From Octopus bimaculoides (lineage: Eukaryota): a DNA stretch of 61,360 nucleotides. Location of the stretch: NCBI RefSeq assembly GCF_001194135.2, contig NC_068991.1, positions 54,959,290-55,020,649 of the forward strand, given 5' to 3'. Position 1 is the first letter of the stretch. Each line of letters opens with the position of its first letter. A model generated the notes under the pieces. That model was not told where the DNA came from. It searched no databases and worked only from the letters and a program-made list of their open reading frames with translations. This document shows positions 22,792 to 36,000 of the stretch, one piece after another. The translations under genes and the position numbers were made by a program.

Positions 22792-24510
22792 GTTTTCTCT
22801 GTTTTATGTTATTTATTTTATTTTTGGTAAAGGTCATTTTCTTCACTTTATCTTTTAGCTTTGTTTTTTTTTTTTCATTCATATTTACTTGCTGGTAGTA
22901 TGTGGTGAGTGGGGAGTAAATTCTAAATTTTGCATGAATATATTTCATTGCACTCATCATCATCACCAGCAACAGCATTGTTATCGTCAAAATACTGGTC
23001 TAGTTTAAACAGGTTAACACATATTTATGTCTCATAATTTGTATGATCAAACTTTCTGAGTACAATTCAATGACTGCAGTAAGAAAAAAAAAGCCGAATT
23101 CTCTCAACCTTTTTGTTACCAACTGTGCTTGAAGTTGCCCCTGGTTCTCAGATACAAACTTCCTGTTCTAAAGTGGTCTCAAAATTTCTTGTTAAAATTT
23201 TGTGTTAATTCATGTCCCAAAAATCAGTTTCATGATGATGACAAATTAATTTACTAAATTCTTTGTTATTTCGAAATTAATTGAAATAAAGAAAAGGTGT
23301 TTCAACAGAAATACAGTAACAAAAGGGTTATGTGAAACAAATAACAATTAAGATTAGAATTAATTGGAATTCATAGGTGATAGAGAAGGCCTTGATGTGT
23401 TCTGTAGTTTAGGTTATCAACTATGAACTGCGTACTAAAATTTGGTGCTTCCATATGTTGTTAGTTCAAATATCATATATATTATTAATCTCTACTATGG
23501 TACTGAGTGTTTTTTTTGCCAACACTTAACACATACATATTGTCTGATTTACAGCAATTTTAATGTGTAGCTGAAAATTGTTGGTGAAAATCTCCCTTTC
23601 TAAAATTAGATGCTTCCTTGGTCTAAACCTAAATGCCTCTGTCCTCATTGGCATGTAATTTGCAAAGCTGGTGCCATGTATAAAACTCCCATGCTGTTGC
23701 CACATATAAAGCACTGCTGTTGGTGTCATGTAAAAAGCACCAGTACACTCTGTAAAGTGGTTGGTGTTAGGAAGAGCATCCAGCCAAAGAAACCATGTCA
23801 AGAGAGACAATTGGAGCTTGGTGTGGCTCTCTAGCTTGCCAGCTCCTGTTAAACTGTCCAACCTATGCCAGTATGGGATGTTAAATGATTATGATAAATC
23901 ATTGAGTATGATATTTATTGCTCACTAGTCTGATCTTGTATAGGAATAAGGAAAATATTTAGTGTGGCAATGCAACAAACTCACACTTGATTATCAAAAT
24001 TAGTCTCAATCAGAATTGCTATGTAAACTGGTGATATTTCAGAGAAATTTAAGGCAGTGAGCTGGCAGAATCGTTTGTGTACAGGACAAAATGCTTAGCA
24101 GCTTTTCATCTGTCTTAACACTCTGAGTTCAAATTCTGCTGAGGTTGACTTTGCCTTTCATCCTTTCAGGGTTGATAAATTAAGTATCAGTTGACTTACC
24201 TCCTTACCTTGCCTTTGTGCCTAAATTTGAAACTGATATTTCAAAGAAATTTAAATATGCTGCAACAGAATCAGTTAGTTTTCCTTTTTTTTTTTTTTTT
24301 CTTGTTAATAAAATTTGTTCTAAATTATAAAACTTTCTAATTTAGTATTTCTTTTCTCCTCAGGCCTATAAGGTTTTGGGTCAATTTCTAGTTCTAAACA
24401 AAGATGAGAACTTGTTTAAAGATTGGCTCACAAAAGCTATTCATGCCAGTCCAGAGCAGAGTGAACAATGCTACAATTGGCTGAAGATCCACTGTGATAA
24501 TTGTCTATGA
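22669..24510 (+). CDS. BANF1-like: Barrier-to-autointegration factor-like protein, 89 aa, two coding exons (22669-22791, 24364-24510)
   Basis: Spliced product MAFSQSSQRSADEPIGNKSIKHLGGISKALAKKLAEKGYIK|AYKVLGQFLVLNKDENLFKDWLTKAIHASPEQSEQCYNWLKIHCDNCL*. It aligns without gaps to BAF (EP.G.K, AY.VLGQFLVL.KDE.LF..WL), about 42/89 identical to human BAF as recalled. Upstream acceptor at 22658-59; AATAAA at 24585. Confidence 0.93.
24364..24510 (+). CDS. BANF1-like: BAF-like coding exon 2
   Basis: cttttctcctcag|GCC...CTA TGA; 147 nt. Confidence 0.93.
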   Translation, partial: AYKVLGQFLVLNKDENLFKDWLTKAIHASPEQSEQCYNWLKIHCDNCL

Positions 24511-24584
24511 TTGTTTTCACAGATTTTTTTTAAATGATAATAGATTTTTAAGAAATACATTCTACTGTCTGATAAACATATTTG

Positions 24585-24590
24585 AATAAA
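24585..24590 (+). terminator. Probable BAF-like polyadenylation signal AATAAA
   Basis: First AATAAA, about 75 nt after the TGA. Confidence 0.55.
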
Positions 24591-25010
24591 TTCTATTTAT
24601 GATTAAACTGTTTGGTTTCTTTGTGTAATTTTAGAAATCTATCCATTTAGCATTTAAACTAGCCATATCCAGCCTCTCACACCTACCCAATAATGTCATT
24701 ATAACAATTAACAATCACCTCATTGAAATCTTGAAGGTACAAGGTAATGCATGAATAAATAAGCATTCATTGGATAGAGTAATCAGAACACTAAGGAGTT
24801 AGTGAAGCTGGTCAGAAATCTTAGGAGTGACCTTGGATACCAAGTATTAACAGAAGAAATAGCAGATGAAGTTTTTGTTCGTGTTAGCAGAGAAGGTGAG
24901 GATGATGAAGACAATGGACCATTACCCAAAAAGGCCATACTCTTTGGTCAAATCACATATTGTCTTGTCACCAAAAACAGATGTTCAGCAATATTATAGA
25001 CATCTTAGAG

Positions 25011-25268
25011 CAGGCCTGGCCAGCCAACTCGAATTACATTGTGGGCCACTTTAATCACAGAAAGTTGTTTGAGGGTTGCTTGCATACTGACAGAATTGAA
25101 AGCATTTTGCTTTCACATGCTATTATTACAATAATGAATGATCGTTAATTCAACATGAAATATTATTGTTGCAAAAACAGTATCTTTAATTTTTGATAAA
25201 ATTTTTAAAATGTTTGTTTAAAGAAAGCCATTTCAAGAAAGTATCAAGCGGGCCGCAGGCCAGCCCTG
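25011..25268. mobile_element. hAT-like MITE (258 bp)
   Basis: TIRs CAGGCCTGGCC / GGCCAGCCCTG; perfect 8-bp TSD TCTTAGAG. Confidence 0.8.
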
Positions 25269-25704
25269 TCTTAGAGCATTAACCTTTTAACATTTAGATT
25301 ACTGTCTAATGTAATGCTTTTTTATTTCACATTGTTTTTAATTAATCATGCAATATTTTGTAGCTAACAGTTCTATAATGTGGTTGTTTATTTTTAGAAT
25401 GACACTAGTCTACCTGTTTTATGTTGAAACCAGCTACTTTCAGCCTATTACACCTACCTTTTAATGTCATTCTAAAAATATACAACAGCATCATCATCGG
25501 GGAGCCAGGCCATATAAGTGTAATTAATTAATTGGGTAGTATAGGAAAGTATTGTTTTGACTAATAGTGTCGCCATCAACTGCAACAAAAAACAAAGTAT
25601 GTGTACAGTAAGAGGGTTAGAGAGAGATTAAACATTGGATTAACTCTTGAAAGTAATGAGAGCCATGGAAAGTTAATATTGGTGTGCTTGGATAAGATCT
25701 TTAA

Positions 25705-25920
25705 CCCTTTAGGATTTAAACTGGTCATATCAGGCCCAAATATTCTACAAGTTTTCAGTTCAAACTGACCAAATTCACCCACTCACGCCTCCTTTGCAAT
25801 GTCACTGTAAAAATATACTATCACATCATTGAAATCTAGAATCAGTGAGATAATGTCTGTTTAATTCAAACCAGTTTGAATAAGCATTATGTTTGATAGA
25901 ATAATCTGAATGCTAAAGGG
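25705..25920. mobile_element. piggyBac-like MITE (216 bp)
   Basis: TTAA|CCCTTTAG...CTAAAGGG|TTAA; degenerate relatives at about 2444-2655, 24640-24800, 25285-25490 and 28978-29180. Confidence 0.8.
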
Positions 25921-26478
25921 TTAAATAGAATTAAAAAAGCTAAATTATTAGTATCAACTGAGGCATTTACAGTTTTCTTATGAATTCCAGTTTGAAAGTC
26001 AGTCATATTTAACCAAAATTAAATAAACTTTTCACTCAATACATGTCACTGGACAGACAGGTAATTATTACTCTATTTGCTGTTTACAAACTGGAAACAA
26101 GTACTTAATTCAATTTTCTGATAAGCTGATTAACATTAAGAACAGAGAGCAGTAATTCTCAACCTTTTTAATATCTGGGCCAGATCCAAAACCTGGATGT
26201 TTTTTAGGGGGCCACCCCAATAAAAAGTAAAATGCAAGTCAATTGAAGAAAAAATTATATTTATAGAAGACTGATGGGGATTGCATGCAACCTTGAGAGC
26301 TGCAGTTGAAAACAGCTGGTATAGAGCTTTAAAGCACTTCTTCCCACATCTACAGGAACTAACTAATTATTTAGCAACTGTGGTTTAAAATATTTTAAAG
26401 AGTTCTGTATCAATAATTAATGGCTATATTGTTTAACAGGCAAAAATACAACATACACAGAAATATTGTTTTGAATAT

Positions 26479-26484
26479 TTTATT
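26479..26484 (-). terminator. Probable eIF4A3 polyadenylation signal AATAAA
   Basis: Minus-strand AATAAA about 150 nt after the stop codon. Confidence 0.6.
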
Positions 26485-26630
26485 GAGATTTAGAGAGAAA
26501 TGTTTTTACAATGAAGTGAATAGAAATTAACATTAAAAATACAAAGCATGTTGGAAAAAAAACTTCTTGTGTTCATAATGAAGAAAAGATGTATGAAATG
26601 TCCAGTTACTGAAGTAATGCTGGAAATTGA

Positions 26631-26647
26631 TCAGATAAGATCAGCCA
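26631..26647 (-). CDS. EIF4A3: eIF4A3 last coding exon (VADLI*)
   Basis: tctctttttatag|TG GCT GAT CTT ATC TGA. Confidence 0.95.
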
Positions 26648-29600
26648 CTATAAAAGAGAGAAAGAGAAACCATTTTAATATTTGTTTATGACAATTATTC
26701 ACAAATACATCTAACAAATTATATTAGTTTGAAACTCACATCAATACTTAAACTTACCTTTTTAGATATGGGTTACGAGTTACCTACCATTGTATGTGTT
26801 AACAAATAAGCATGGAAGGTGGACATTAATCAATATATAAACATATTTATTATTCTCATGTTAAATAGATTTTTCTAAAATATAAATAATACAACATAGT
26901 AATCTAGAACAATCCAACAGCAACGATATGTCAGCCTCCCAAATGACAAAGTCTCAACTGATACTGCAATCACGAGTGCAACACCCTAACCACTAGGCCA
27001 CATGCACCTTCACTAAGACAAAGAGCTGATAGTTAAATCAACACTGAAATTGTTGTTTATAAGTTCTACCAAATACTCACCAAAGCTTTCAATATCAGAC
27101 TAGATTAAAATAGGAAGAAAAAACAAAAATCTTACCATTCATTGGCATTTCATCTATCTGAGTAGAATAGTACTGTTCTATATCTCGCAAGATACGGATA
27201 TCATCATTTTTCACAAAATTGATGGCAACACCTTTTCGCCCAAATCTACCAGAACGTCCAATCCTAGAAATGCACAGTAAATTAACAGTAGAAATTAATT
27301 CAGACCAACTTACAAGGAATGTGTGTTATATGGATGTACACATAAAAGCCAAGCTATCATAGACAAATAAGTGCTAACGTGATGATAGTGATTATCAATT
27401 TGTTGGACTTATGAACTCGACGGGTGATACATGTTACTAAAAAAGTAAAGAAAAATTCAGTAGTTGGCTATATGAAACTAATGGAATATAAATAGTGAAG
27501 TCCCTCATTGTCAACACCAGGGGACCCTAATCAACAGAACACTAGTTCTCATCAATGTTTTATCTATTTAAATACTGTTATGAAAAATTCAATACAGAAC
27601 AAGTTGTAGGTAGGACAACCCTTAACAGACTGACACATATGAGTTATAGAAATGAGGAATACATAATCTAGTATATATATAAATCACAGTATGTGTATGT
27701 ATATTGACTAACACATACACTTCCACAATTCTCAACTGATTTTCAAACTTTACATGCACATTACTTATGTGTCAAGGTTGGTCATACACTATACATTTTG
27801 CCTAGAGCTCCTGAGTAAACTGGACAAACTGGGAAAAATGGTGGTTTACATGGGTTCTTCTCTAATTCGTTGTATGTACATAGTTTATTTTGTATGTAGG
27901 GTCACCCATACTTTTTAAATCTATATGGTGGTATATTGGCATTAGGGGATATTTTTTAGTGGTTTTCACATTTTTTCATTTATTATTTATATGTAATTGT
28001 GTATTATTACTTTCTATATTTTTTTTATATGTGTATATTGTTTGAGGGTTTTGGTTAGAGAATAGAAAAGTGAAAGGATTTTCTCTATTTAGACCGTTTT
28101 CCATACTTTTAAAATCAATATGGGCGTATATTTGCATTACGCAATATATTTAGTTGTTTCCACATTTTTTTGATTTATTATCTATTTATATGTTAAACTG
28201 TCCATAAGACGGGTGTGTTTGCTAGTAGATATATAAAAGCCACAAAGGAAAACATCCTCTTAAGATGTCTCTATCAAGACATTGACTAGATTCAAACACA
28301 AAAGACCAAACTAATTTCCCAGCAAAAGAAAGGAACTGAAATATTTATTATTGTAAAAGATGGTCAACCAGCAGGCATGACATTTGAGGGGTGGGAACTA
28401 CAAAAGGCAGAATCTGGACTATTAATGGGAAGAGTACAGTTCCAAAATCTTTATTATAACTTTATTATTCATTATGGTAACAGTTTGATTTTAGCTGTTT
28501 TTTTTATATATCAGGTGAATATTCTAATCAGGTGACTGGAGACAGAAATTGAGATACATTTTTGAGGAGCAGCCAACAATATAGAAACATTCCTTCTGTG
28601 TTTTTGATGAATGTGTTGAAAGAACAGAAGGAATATGTTTACATTTTTATGATTTTCTCACAGCTAAGGCTTTCTAATATTTACATTTATTTCAGCCCTT
28701 CAAGAGAGGGAGAGAGAGTGTTTGTGTGTATGTGTGTGCATGCATGTATTTTTGCCTCCAGTGTTAAAGAGTACTGTCACCAAAATAGTTTCAATGTCCA
28801 GTCAAGCATGCCAAATAATCAGCAGCCAAACAACTGCACCTAATCACTTCATTCCACATACAGTGCATAGAAATATGCACATATATCTGCTATCAGTATG
28901 CACACATGTACATATTGATAGACTATTAACTATTGTTGTCAAAAGTTTTTTGAGTAGCTAGTTATAGAAATGTATTAATCCCTTAGCACTTAAACTGGCC
29001 ATATCAGACCCAAACATTCTACCAGTTTCATGTTCAAATGACCAGATCAAGCCTCTCACAACTGCTCTTCAATGTCATTCCAAAAATAAACAAATGCATC
29101 ATCAAAATCTTGAAGCTACAAGATAATGCATGATTAATTCAAAACAATGTGAATAAATAAGCATTACAGTTGATAGAGTTACCTGTGTATATACAATTCA
29201 CGATTGTTTGGTAAATCATAGTTTATTACGAGTGATACCTGTTGGACATCAATACCTCGGGCCCACACATCTGTTGTTATGAGAACACGACTAAAAAAAA
29301 AATAAAAAAAAAGTTAAAAACTCATTGCCAAAAAAAAAAAAAAATCAACAAACTATTTTCCAATGAATACAAAAACACAAGCAACTCTTAAATTCTTGTA
29401 ATAGTTTCCCTGTATATATCTCCCATTCTTGTCAGAAACTAGATTTCGATGATAGACTGTAACTAATTCTTTTATCTTCTTTTACTTGTTTTGGTCATTT
29501 AGCTGCAGCCAAGCTGGGGCACCACCTTAAAGAATTTTTAGTCAAATGAATTGATCCCAGTCTGGCACTCATTTCATCAGCCTCTCTCACTGAAAAGCCA

Positions 29601-29983
29601 AGTTATGGTGATGTAAACACACCAACACCAGTTGTCAAGTGGTGGTAGCAGACAGACACAGACACACATTATATATATATATCATCATCATCGATTAACG
29701 TCCGCTTTCCATGCTAGCATGGGTTGGACGATCTGACTGAGGACTGGCGAACCAGATGGCCGCACCAGGCTCCAATCTAATCTGGCAGAGTTTCTACATC
29801 TGGATGCCCTTCCTAACGCCAACCACTCCGAGAGTGTAGTGGGTGCTTTTATATGTACGTACATACACACATACAAACATATGTATATTTATATATATAT
29901 AAGTATATATNNNNNNNNNNNNNNNNNNNNNNNNNNNNNNNNNNNNNNNNNNNNNNNNNNNNNNNNNNNNNNNNNNNNNNNNN

Positions 29984-30021
<38 letters not shown>

Positions 30022-33000
30022 AGGCTTCTTTCAGTTTCCATCTACCAAATCAGCTCACAAGGCATTGGCTGGCCAAAGGCTATAGTAGAAGATACTTGCC
30101 AAAGGTGTCACACAGTGGCACATAGCCACATCTGCACCTATTCAGTGTGAAAATGATAGAAAAACATGACTATTGCATAATTTTGGATGAAATCTGCAGA
30201 TATGATATGAGTGTTAGTGTACATTGTACTGACTTAAAACAATTTCATTCACTGTGTACTAACAAAAGTACAGGATTGGCTATGTGGGTATAGAGTTTGC
30301 TTAGTAGCTATATGGTCTCAAGTTCCATCTCAATGCACCTTGGGCAAGTGCCTTCCTCTGCAGTCTAAGAAATATTTTTTTTCTTGATCGTAGCAGATCA
30401 GAAAACATTTCCAATCAAAGACTTACCTAGCTCCTGAACGAAATTCCTTCATAATGTCGTCTCTGTCTTTTTGCTGCATGTCACCGTGCATTGAGGAAAC
30501 TGTGAAATTGGCTTCTCTCATTTTCTCAGTTAACCAGTCAACCTGAAAATTAATCCAAATATAATAAATTGAGCTAAATCAGAAAACGGTACTTAAAATT
30601 CTTAACTTCAACCTTAATGAAATCATCTTTGTTCCACAGGTTATTTTTCGTTTAGAGTTTCATCAAGTTGTTGCTTTTGGTCAAAACTTTAATAATAAAG
30701 AAACTAAATGATAATAGATTTCAGTAGGTAACTATTGAACTTGCTTTAATTTGGGACCCAAACAACTATCTTAACCTTATCATACTGAGTTCCCAGCATA
30801 GCAGGAATAGCTTAAATGTAATCTCTACTAGATTCCTATTAAAGTAGTAATGAACAACATACATAGAAAAAAGATAAAATACTTAAAATAGACAACCAAT
30901 TACATTGCAGCTTTGTAGTCAAGTGTGTTTACAACTCATTCTTAATGACGTCCCCCATAGCTGTTGTTTATTTTAGTTTGCAATAAAAAGTTTTAAAAAT
31001 GCAATTATTTCATGATGAAACAAGCATGTAATGAAACCCAGAAACAAGGCCTTTACTGTTGAGTAAATTATTGAAGATATTTATCCTTTGGACAAAAAGT
31101 TTACTTATATGCAGGCAATGAGAGTGATTCAAACAATCAAACTGATGACAGAGATGAGGAAAGTAATGATTCAGGTGAAAAAATATGGTTGTTGAGAGAT
31201 AAGCCTATTATTGTTATACTCCTGAATTTTTTTGAGAATCTGTCCATTTGTTTGACTGCAATCGTTACTCTTGAGCAGTGCATGCAATTATCAAATTTTT
31301 TACTCAGGTGCCCAGTGTATGCAATTATTAAATTTTTTTCTCAGGTGAAGTTAGATACAAGGGTCTAAGAGGGGTAATATAATTTTTCTACAAGCCTCAT
31401 AAGGCCAGTTACCCAGTTTCCATGAGGTCTAAATAACCGAGATCACAACATTCTCTCTGAACAGAACACCAGTCTGTTGCAAGGTTCAAGGTTAGTTGAG
31501 AGGAGGGGCAATTGGGTTCCAAACAACCCTATTGTGCTATGTTTGCAGTATAGCTGGAGTAGCATAAAGATAGCCTAATTAGATTTAATTACATCAACCC
31601 CAATATTTGGTACTTTATTTTATCAACCCTCAAGGGATGAAAGTTGGCTTCCATAGAATTTGAACTCAGACTGTAAAGGGCTAAGCATTTCATTGAACAT
31701 GGTAATTAATCTGCCAGCTCATTGCTTTATCTTAATATATGTTACTACATATACAAAGTTGCAGTTATGTTATGAAAGATCCCCCAATTTCTGTTTTTAT
31801 TTTGAAAATTAACTGAACCATAATGGTTAGAATATTCTTGTTGGAGTAGACTCACAAAAGGGTTAAAAGAAAAAAAATGTTGGAATTATCTTTTATTTGG
31901 TTCAATCATTAAACTGCAGCCATGTTTGATTCCAATCCTTTTTTTTAAGCCTGGTATTTATTCTATCAGTCTCTTTTGCCAAGCAACTAAGTTATGAGGA
32001 CAGACACACACGCATACAAGGGGGTGCTGAAAAGTTCCTGGCTTTGGGTAAATGAAAATACAGGAGGATCAGTTAATTATGATTTTACTCAAAATATTCC
32101 CCTCACAGATTCACACACTTATTGCAGTGGTTCTTCAGTTTTTCTAAGTTTGGTAAAAGAACTCTGAAGGCTGGGCCTCCAACCAGATCTTTCACAATAC
32201 CCTTAAAGCCAGGAACTTTTCAGCACCCCTTTAATTATATACATACATATATATATATATACACACACACATTTACCAAATCCACTCACAAGGCTTTGAT
32301 CAACCTGAGGCTATACTAGAGGACACTTGCCCAAGGTGCCACACAATGGTACAGAACCCTGAACCATGTAGTTGGGAGGCAAACATCGTCCCACACAGCC
32401 ACACCTAATAGATAATAAAACAAAATATTTTCATTAAAATATTTGTAACAATATTAAACTTAATATTACTGACATGATAAAGATTTCAATTTTGAAATGT
32501 TATTTTGTTGATATATTGAATTCAGTTTTGTTTATATATGGTTGTATGTGGGATCAGGGATGGCTGTGTGGTTAAGGAGTTTGCAACTGTGTGGTTTCAA
32601 GTTCAGTCCCATTGCACAGTAACTTGGTGTCTTCTAGAGCCCAGAGGCAACCAAAGCCTTGTGAATTTGACAGATAGAAATTGTGTGGAAGACTCTTGTA
32701 TATACGTGTGTGTACTTGTGTTTGTGACCCCACCACTTGACAACCAGTGTTGGTCTTTTTTACATTCCTGCAACTTAGTAGTTTGGCAAAAGAGACAATA
32801 AGATAAGTACTGGGCTAGATTTGTTCGACTAATCCCTTCAAGGCAGTGTCCCAGAATGGCCAGAGTCCAATGACTGAAACAAGTAAAAGAATTTTGAATA
32901 TTATAAACTACATTTATCATCCATTTTCCATGCTGGATGGTTTGAAGAGAGCTAGTAAGCAGGAGGGCTGCACCAGGTTCCAATCTGATTTGGCTTGGTT

Positions 33001-36000
33001 TCTACAGCTGGATGCCCTTCCTAACACCACCACTTTACAGAGTGTTCTGGATGTGTTTTACATAGCACCAGCGTGAGAGCTTCTTGCGTAGTACCAGCAT
33101 GGGTGCTATTATATGGTGCCAAAAATTTACAACTATTCAGTGAGGAAGTAGTAACAATTCAATATAAATACAGTATTAAGTAATTTACCTTTCTTTTAGT
33201 GTTGCAGAATATAACAGCTTGGGTTATAGTTAGAGTATCATAAAGATCACAAAGAGTGTCAAATTTCCATTCTTCCCTTTCAACAGCTACAAAAAACTGT
33301 TTGATTCCTTCCAAAGTTAACTCATCACTGCAAGAAAGAAGTGAAACTTAAAGACAACATTCAACAAATCAAACCATCCTTTTCTTCAGATGTCATAGGT
33401 TTATACATTCAAGTCTGATCTTTCTGTTTAATCATACATTAAAGACTAAAACTAATTTTAAACATTCTAAATCTACAAATTGGTTTCCATAAATTCTCAG
33501 GGTGCAGGCATGGCTGCATGTTTAAGGAGCTTGTTTCCCAACTACATGGTTTCAGGTTCAGTCCCACTGTGTGGCACTGTACTTTCTACTGTAGCCCTGG
33601 GCCTACCAAAGTCTTGTGAGTAGATTTGGTAGACAGAAACTCAAACAAGTGCATCATATATGTGCATGTGTGTGTGTGCTGATGTCTCTTTGTTTTGACA
33701 CTGTGCAATATTTGCAAATGAATGTCACCCACATACAGAAGTGTACTTCATTTCCGATCTTCCACGAAAACATGTCAGGCCATGGGGAAATATTACCTTA
33801 CTTGGAAACTGGCAAGGGTTGACAAGAGGAAGGGCATCTGGTCATAGAAAATCCACCTCAATTCCGTGTAACCCATGGAAAAGCAGATGTTAAAATGATG
33901 ATTTCTTGTAACATAGTTAAATAATTTAAAATTACAGGTGCAGGTGTGGCTGAGTGGAAAGAAGTTTGCTTTCCAATCACATGGTTTAGGGTTCAGCCTG
34001 TGTGTGTGTGTGTTTAAATACACATAGATGATGGATTTCTTTCCGTTTCTCTTTATCAAATTCATGCACAAGATTTTGGCTGGCCTGGGATTATAGTAGA
34101 AGACACTTGCCCAAGGTGCTGTGCAGTGGGACTGAACTCAAGGACAAGATGGTTGGGAAGTCTACTTCTTGACCACACAGCCAAACCTGTGTTTATTTAG
34201 TGTATGCAGAAGTGAGTTACAAGCAATAATTCTCCACTGAAGGATAGTGTCATATAGCTAGACATGGTAGTTCTTGTCTCCTAGACTTCAAACTGGGATG
34301 TTATGCATTTATTAAAATGGATTCAGTAATCTTTCAACTATTTGTGTTTTGGAGTAAAAATTAGCATTTTATGAAACAAACATTGTATTCAAGGTTTAGC
34401 TACTCCTGATCAAGTAGACCAAACATTGAAAAAACAATCCAGTGATGGCTATCTTGCAGACGGCTACACTGTTCAATGAGTTGTTACATTTTTAGGAGGT
34501 GGTATTATGGAGATTTGGTTGTTACTTGTTTCAAGGAAGTTTCATTTAATCTATATCATCACCATCTTTTAATGTCCCTTTTTCCTTGCTGGCATGGGTT
34601 GGACGGTTTGATAGGCACTGATGAACCAAAGGGCTGCACTGAGCTCCAATGTCTGCTTTGGCAGGGTTTCTATAGCTGGTTGCTTCTCCTAATGCCAACC
34701 ACATTACAAAGTGTATTAGGCCAGTACGGTAGTGATGTGGCTGGATGAGGACAGTTGCGTAAAGAAGTACTGATTGCTAAACATGGATGGAATTTGTGGA
34801 TGAAGTAGTGAAGACTGACCTCAAAATGTTGAGCAGTATGGAAAAAACAGATGAAGAAATAATGATGATATTTAATGACTTTTCAAAATGCTTTTTAATT
34901 ACAAATGAGAAAGAAATTTCCCAGAGTGTTACTTGATCTCATGAAATTTGGTTGGTACTGCTTTCTGTGTTACAACAGAACCACACCACTGAATCAAGAT
35001 GTGAGAGTGAAATTGATTATTTCTTGAAGAACACTGATAGAATCTATGTTGGCCTTACCGTTTGACTAAAATGCGGACAGGATCAGTCATAAATTTGCCA
35101 GTCATTTCAAGGATTTCATGAGGCAAAGTGGCAGAAATAAGTAACACTTGAGTTGCTGGAGGAAGATATCGATAAACATCATAAATTTGTTCTTTAAAAC
35201 CTTTATTCAACATTTCATCAGATTCATCAAGGACCAGCATTTTAATGGACCTTGTCCGCAGGTTTCTCCTTCGGATCATATCTGGAGGAAAAAAAACAAC
35301 AAAAAAAGAAAAATGAAAGAAATATGGTAATACATTAAAAATGCATGACCAAATATTTATATTTTCAAATAAATTCAATTCTACATGTCTTTACATGAAA
35401 ATCAGTATTTTATAATATAAACTGTAGGTCCTAAGTTTTTATAGAATTCTATTCCTCTTGAATATACAACAAATAATTCTAAAATTGGTCCTAGAAATCC
35501 AGATAAAATTATATTTAAAGAAATATGCTACTTACCAAAAACTCTGCCAGGAGTCCCTGATACAACATGTTGCCCATAATCAAGTTTACGAATATCATCA
35601 CCAATATTTGTTCCACCAATACAAGCATGGCACTGCACATTCATGTAATCTCCAAGAGCCAAAATAACCTGAAAAAAAAAAAAAAATCGATTAATTTCTT
35701 TATTTTGTTTTAAGTTTGAAAGGGGGAAATTCTTGGATTTTCAGGAAAAGTTAGTTTATCAGGGATAATTCCTTTGGGTGCTGAAAAGTAACAGGATATG
35801 TTACATGCATAAAAACAGTGTCATCATCATCAACAAGGACAAATAAGATGGAAAGGAAAAGGGCAATTTACAGAAGTCTCAAACTGATGGATCAATTAAA
35901 AGAAGTTGAAAGTCATTAAAAAAATTAGTGCAGGACAAGATGAGCTTGAACATATATACACAGATAAATATATTTCTTGTCTATATATCTAGATGCATGC

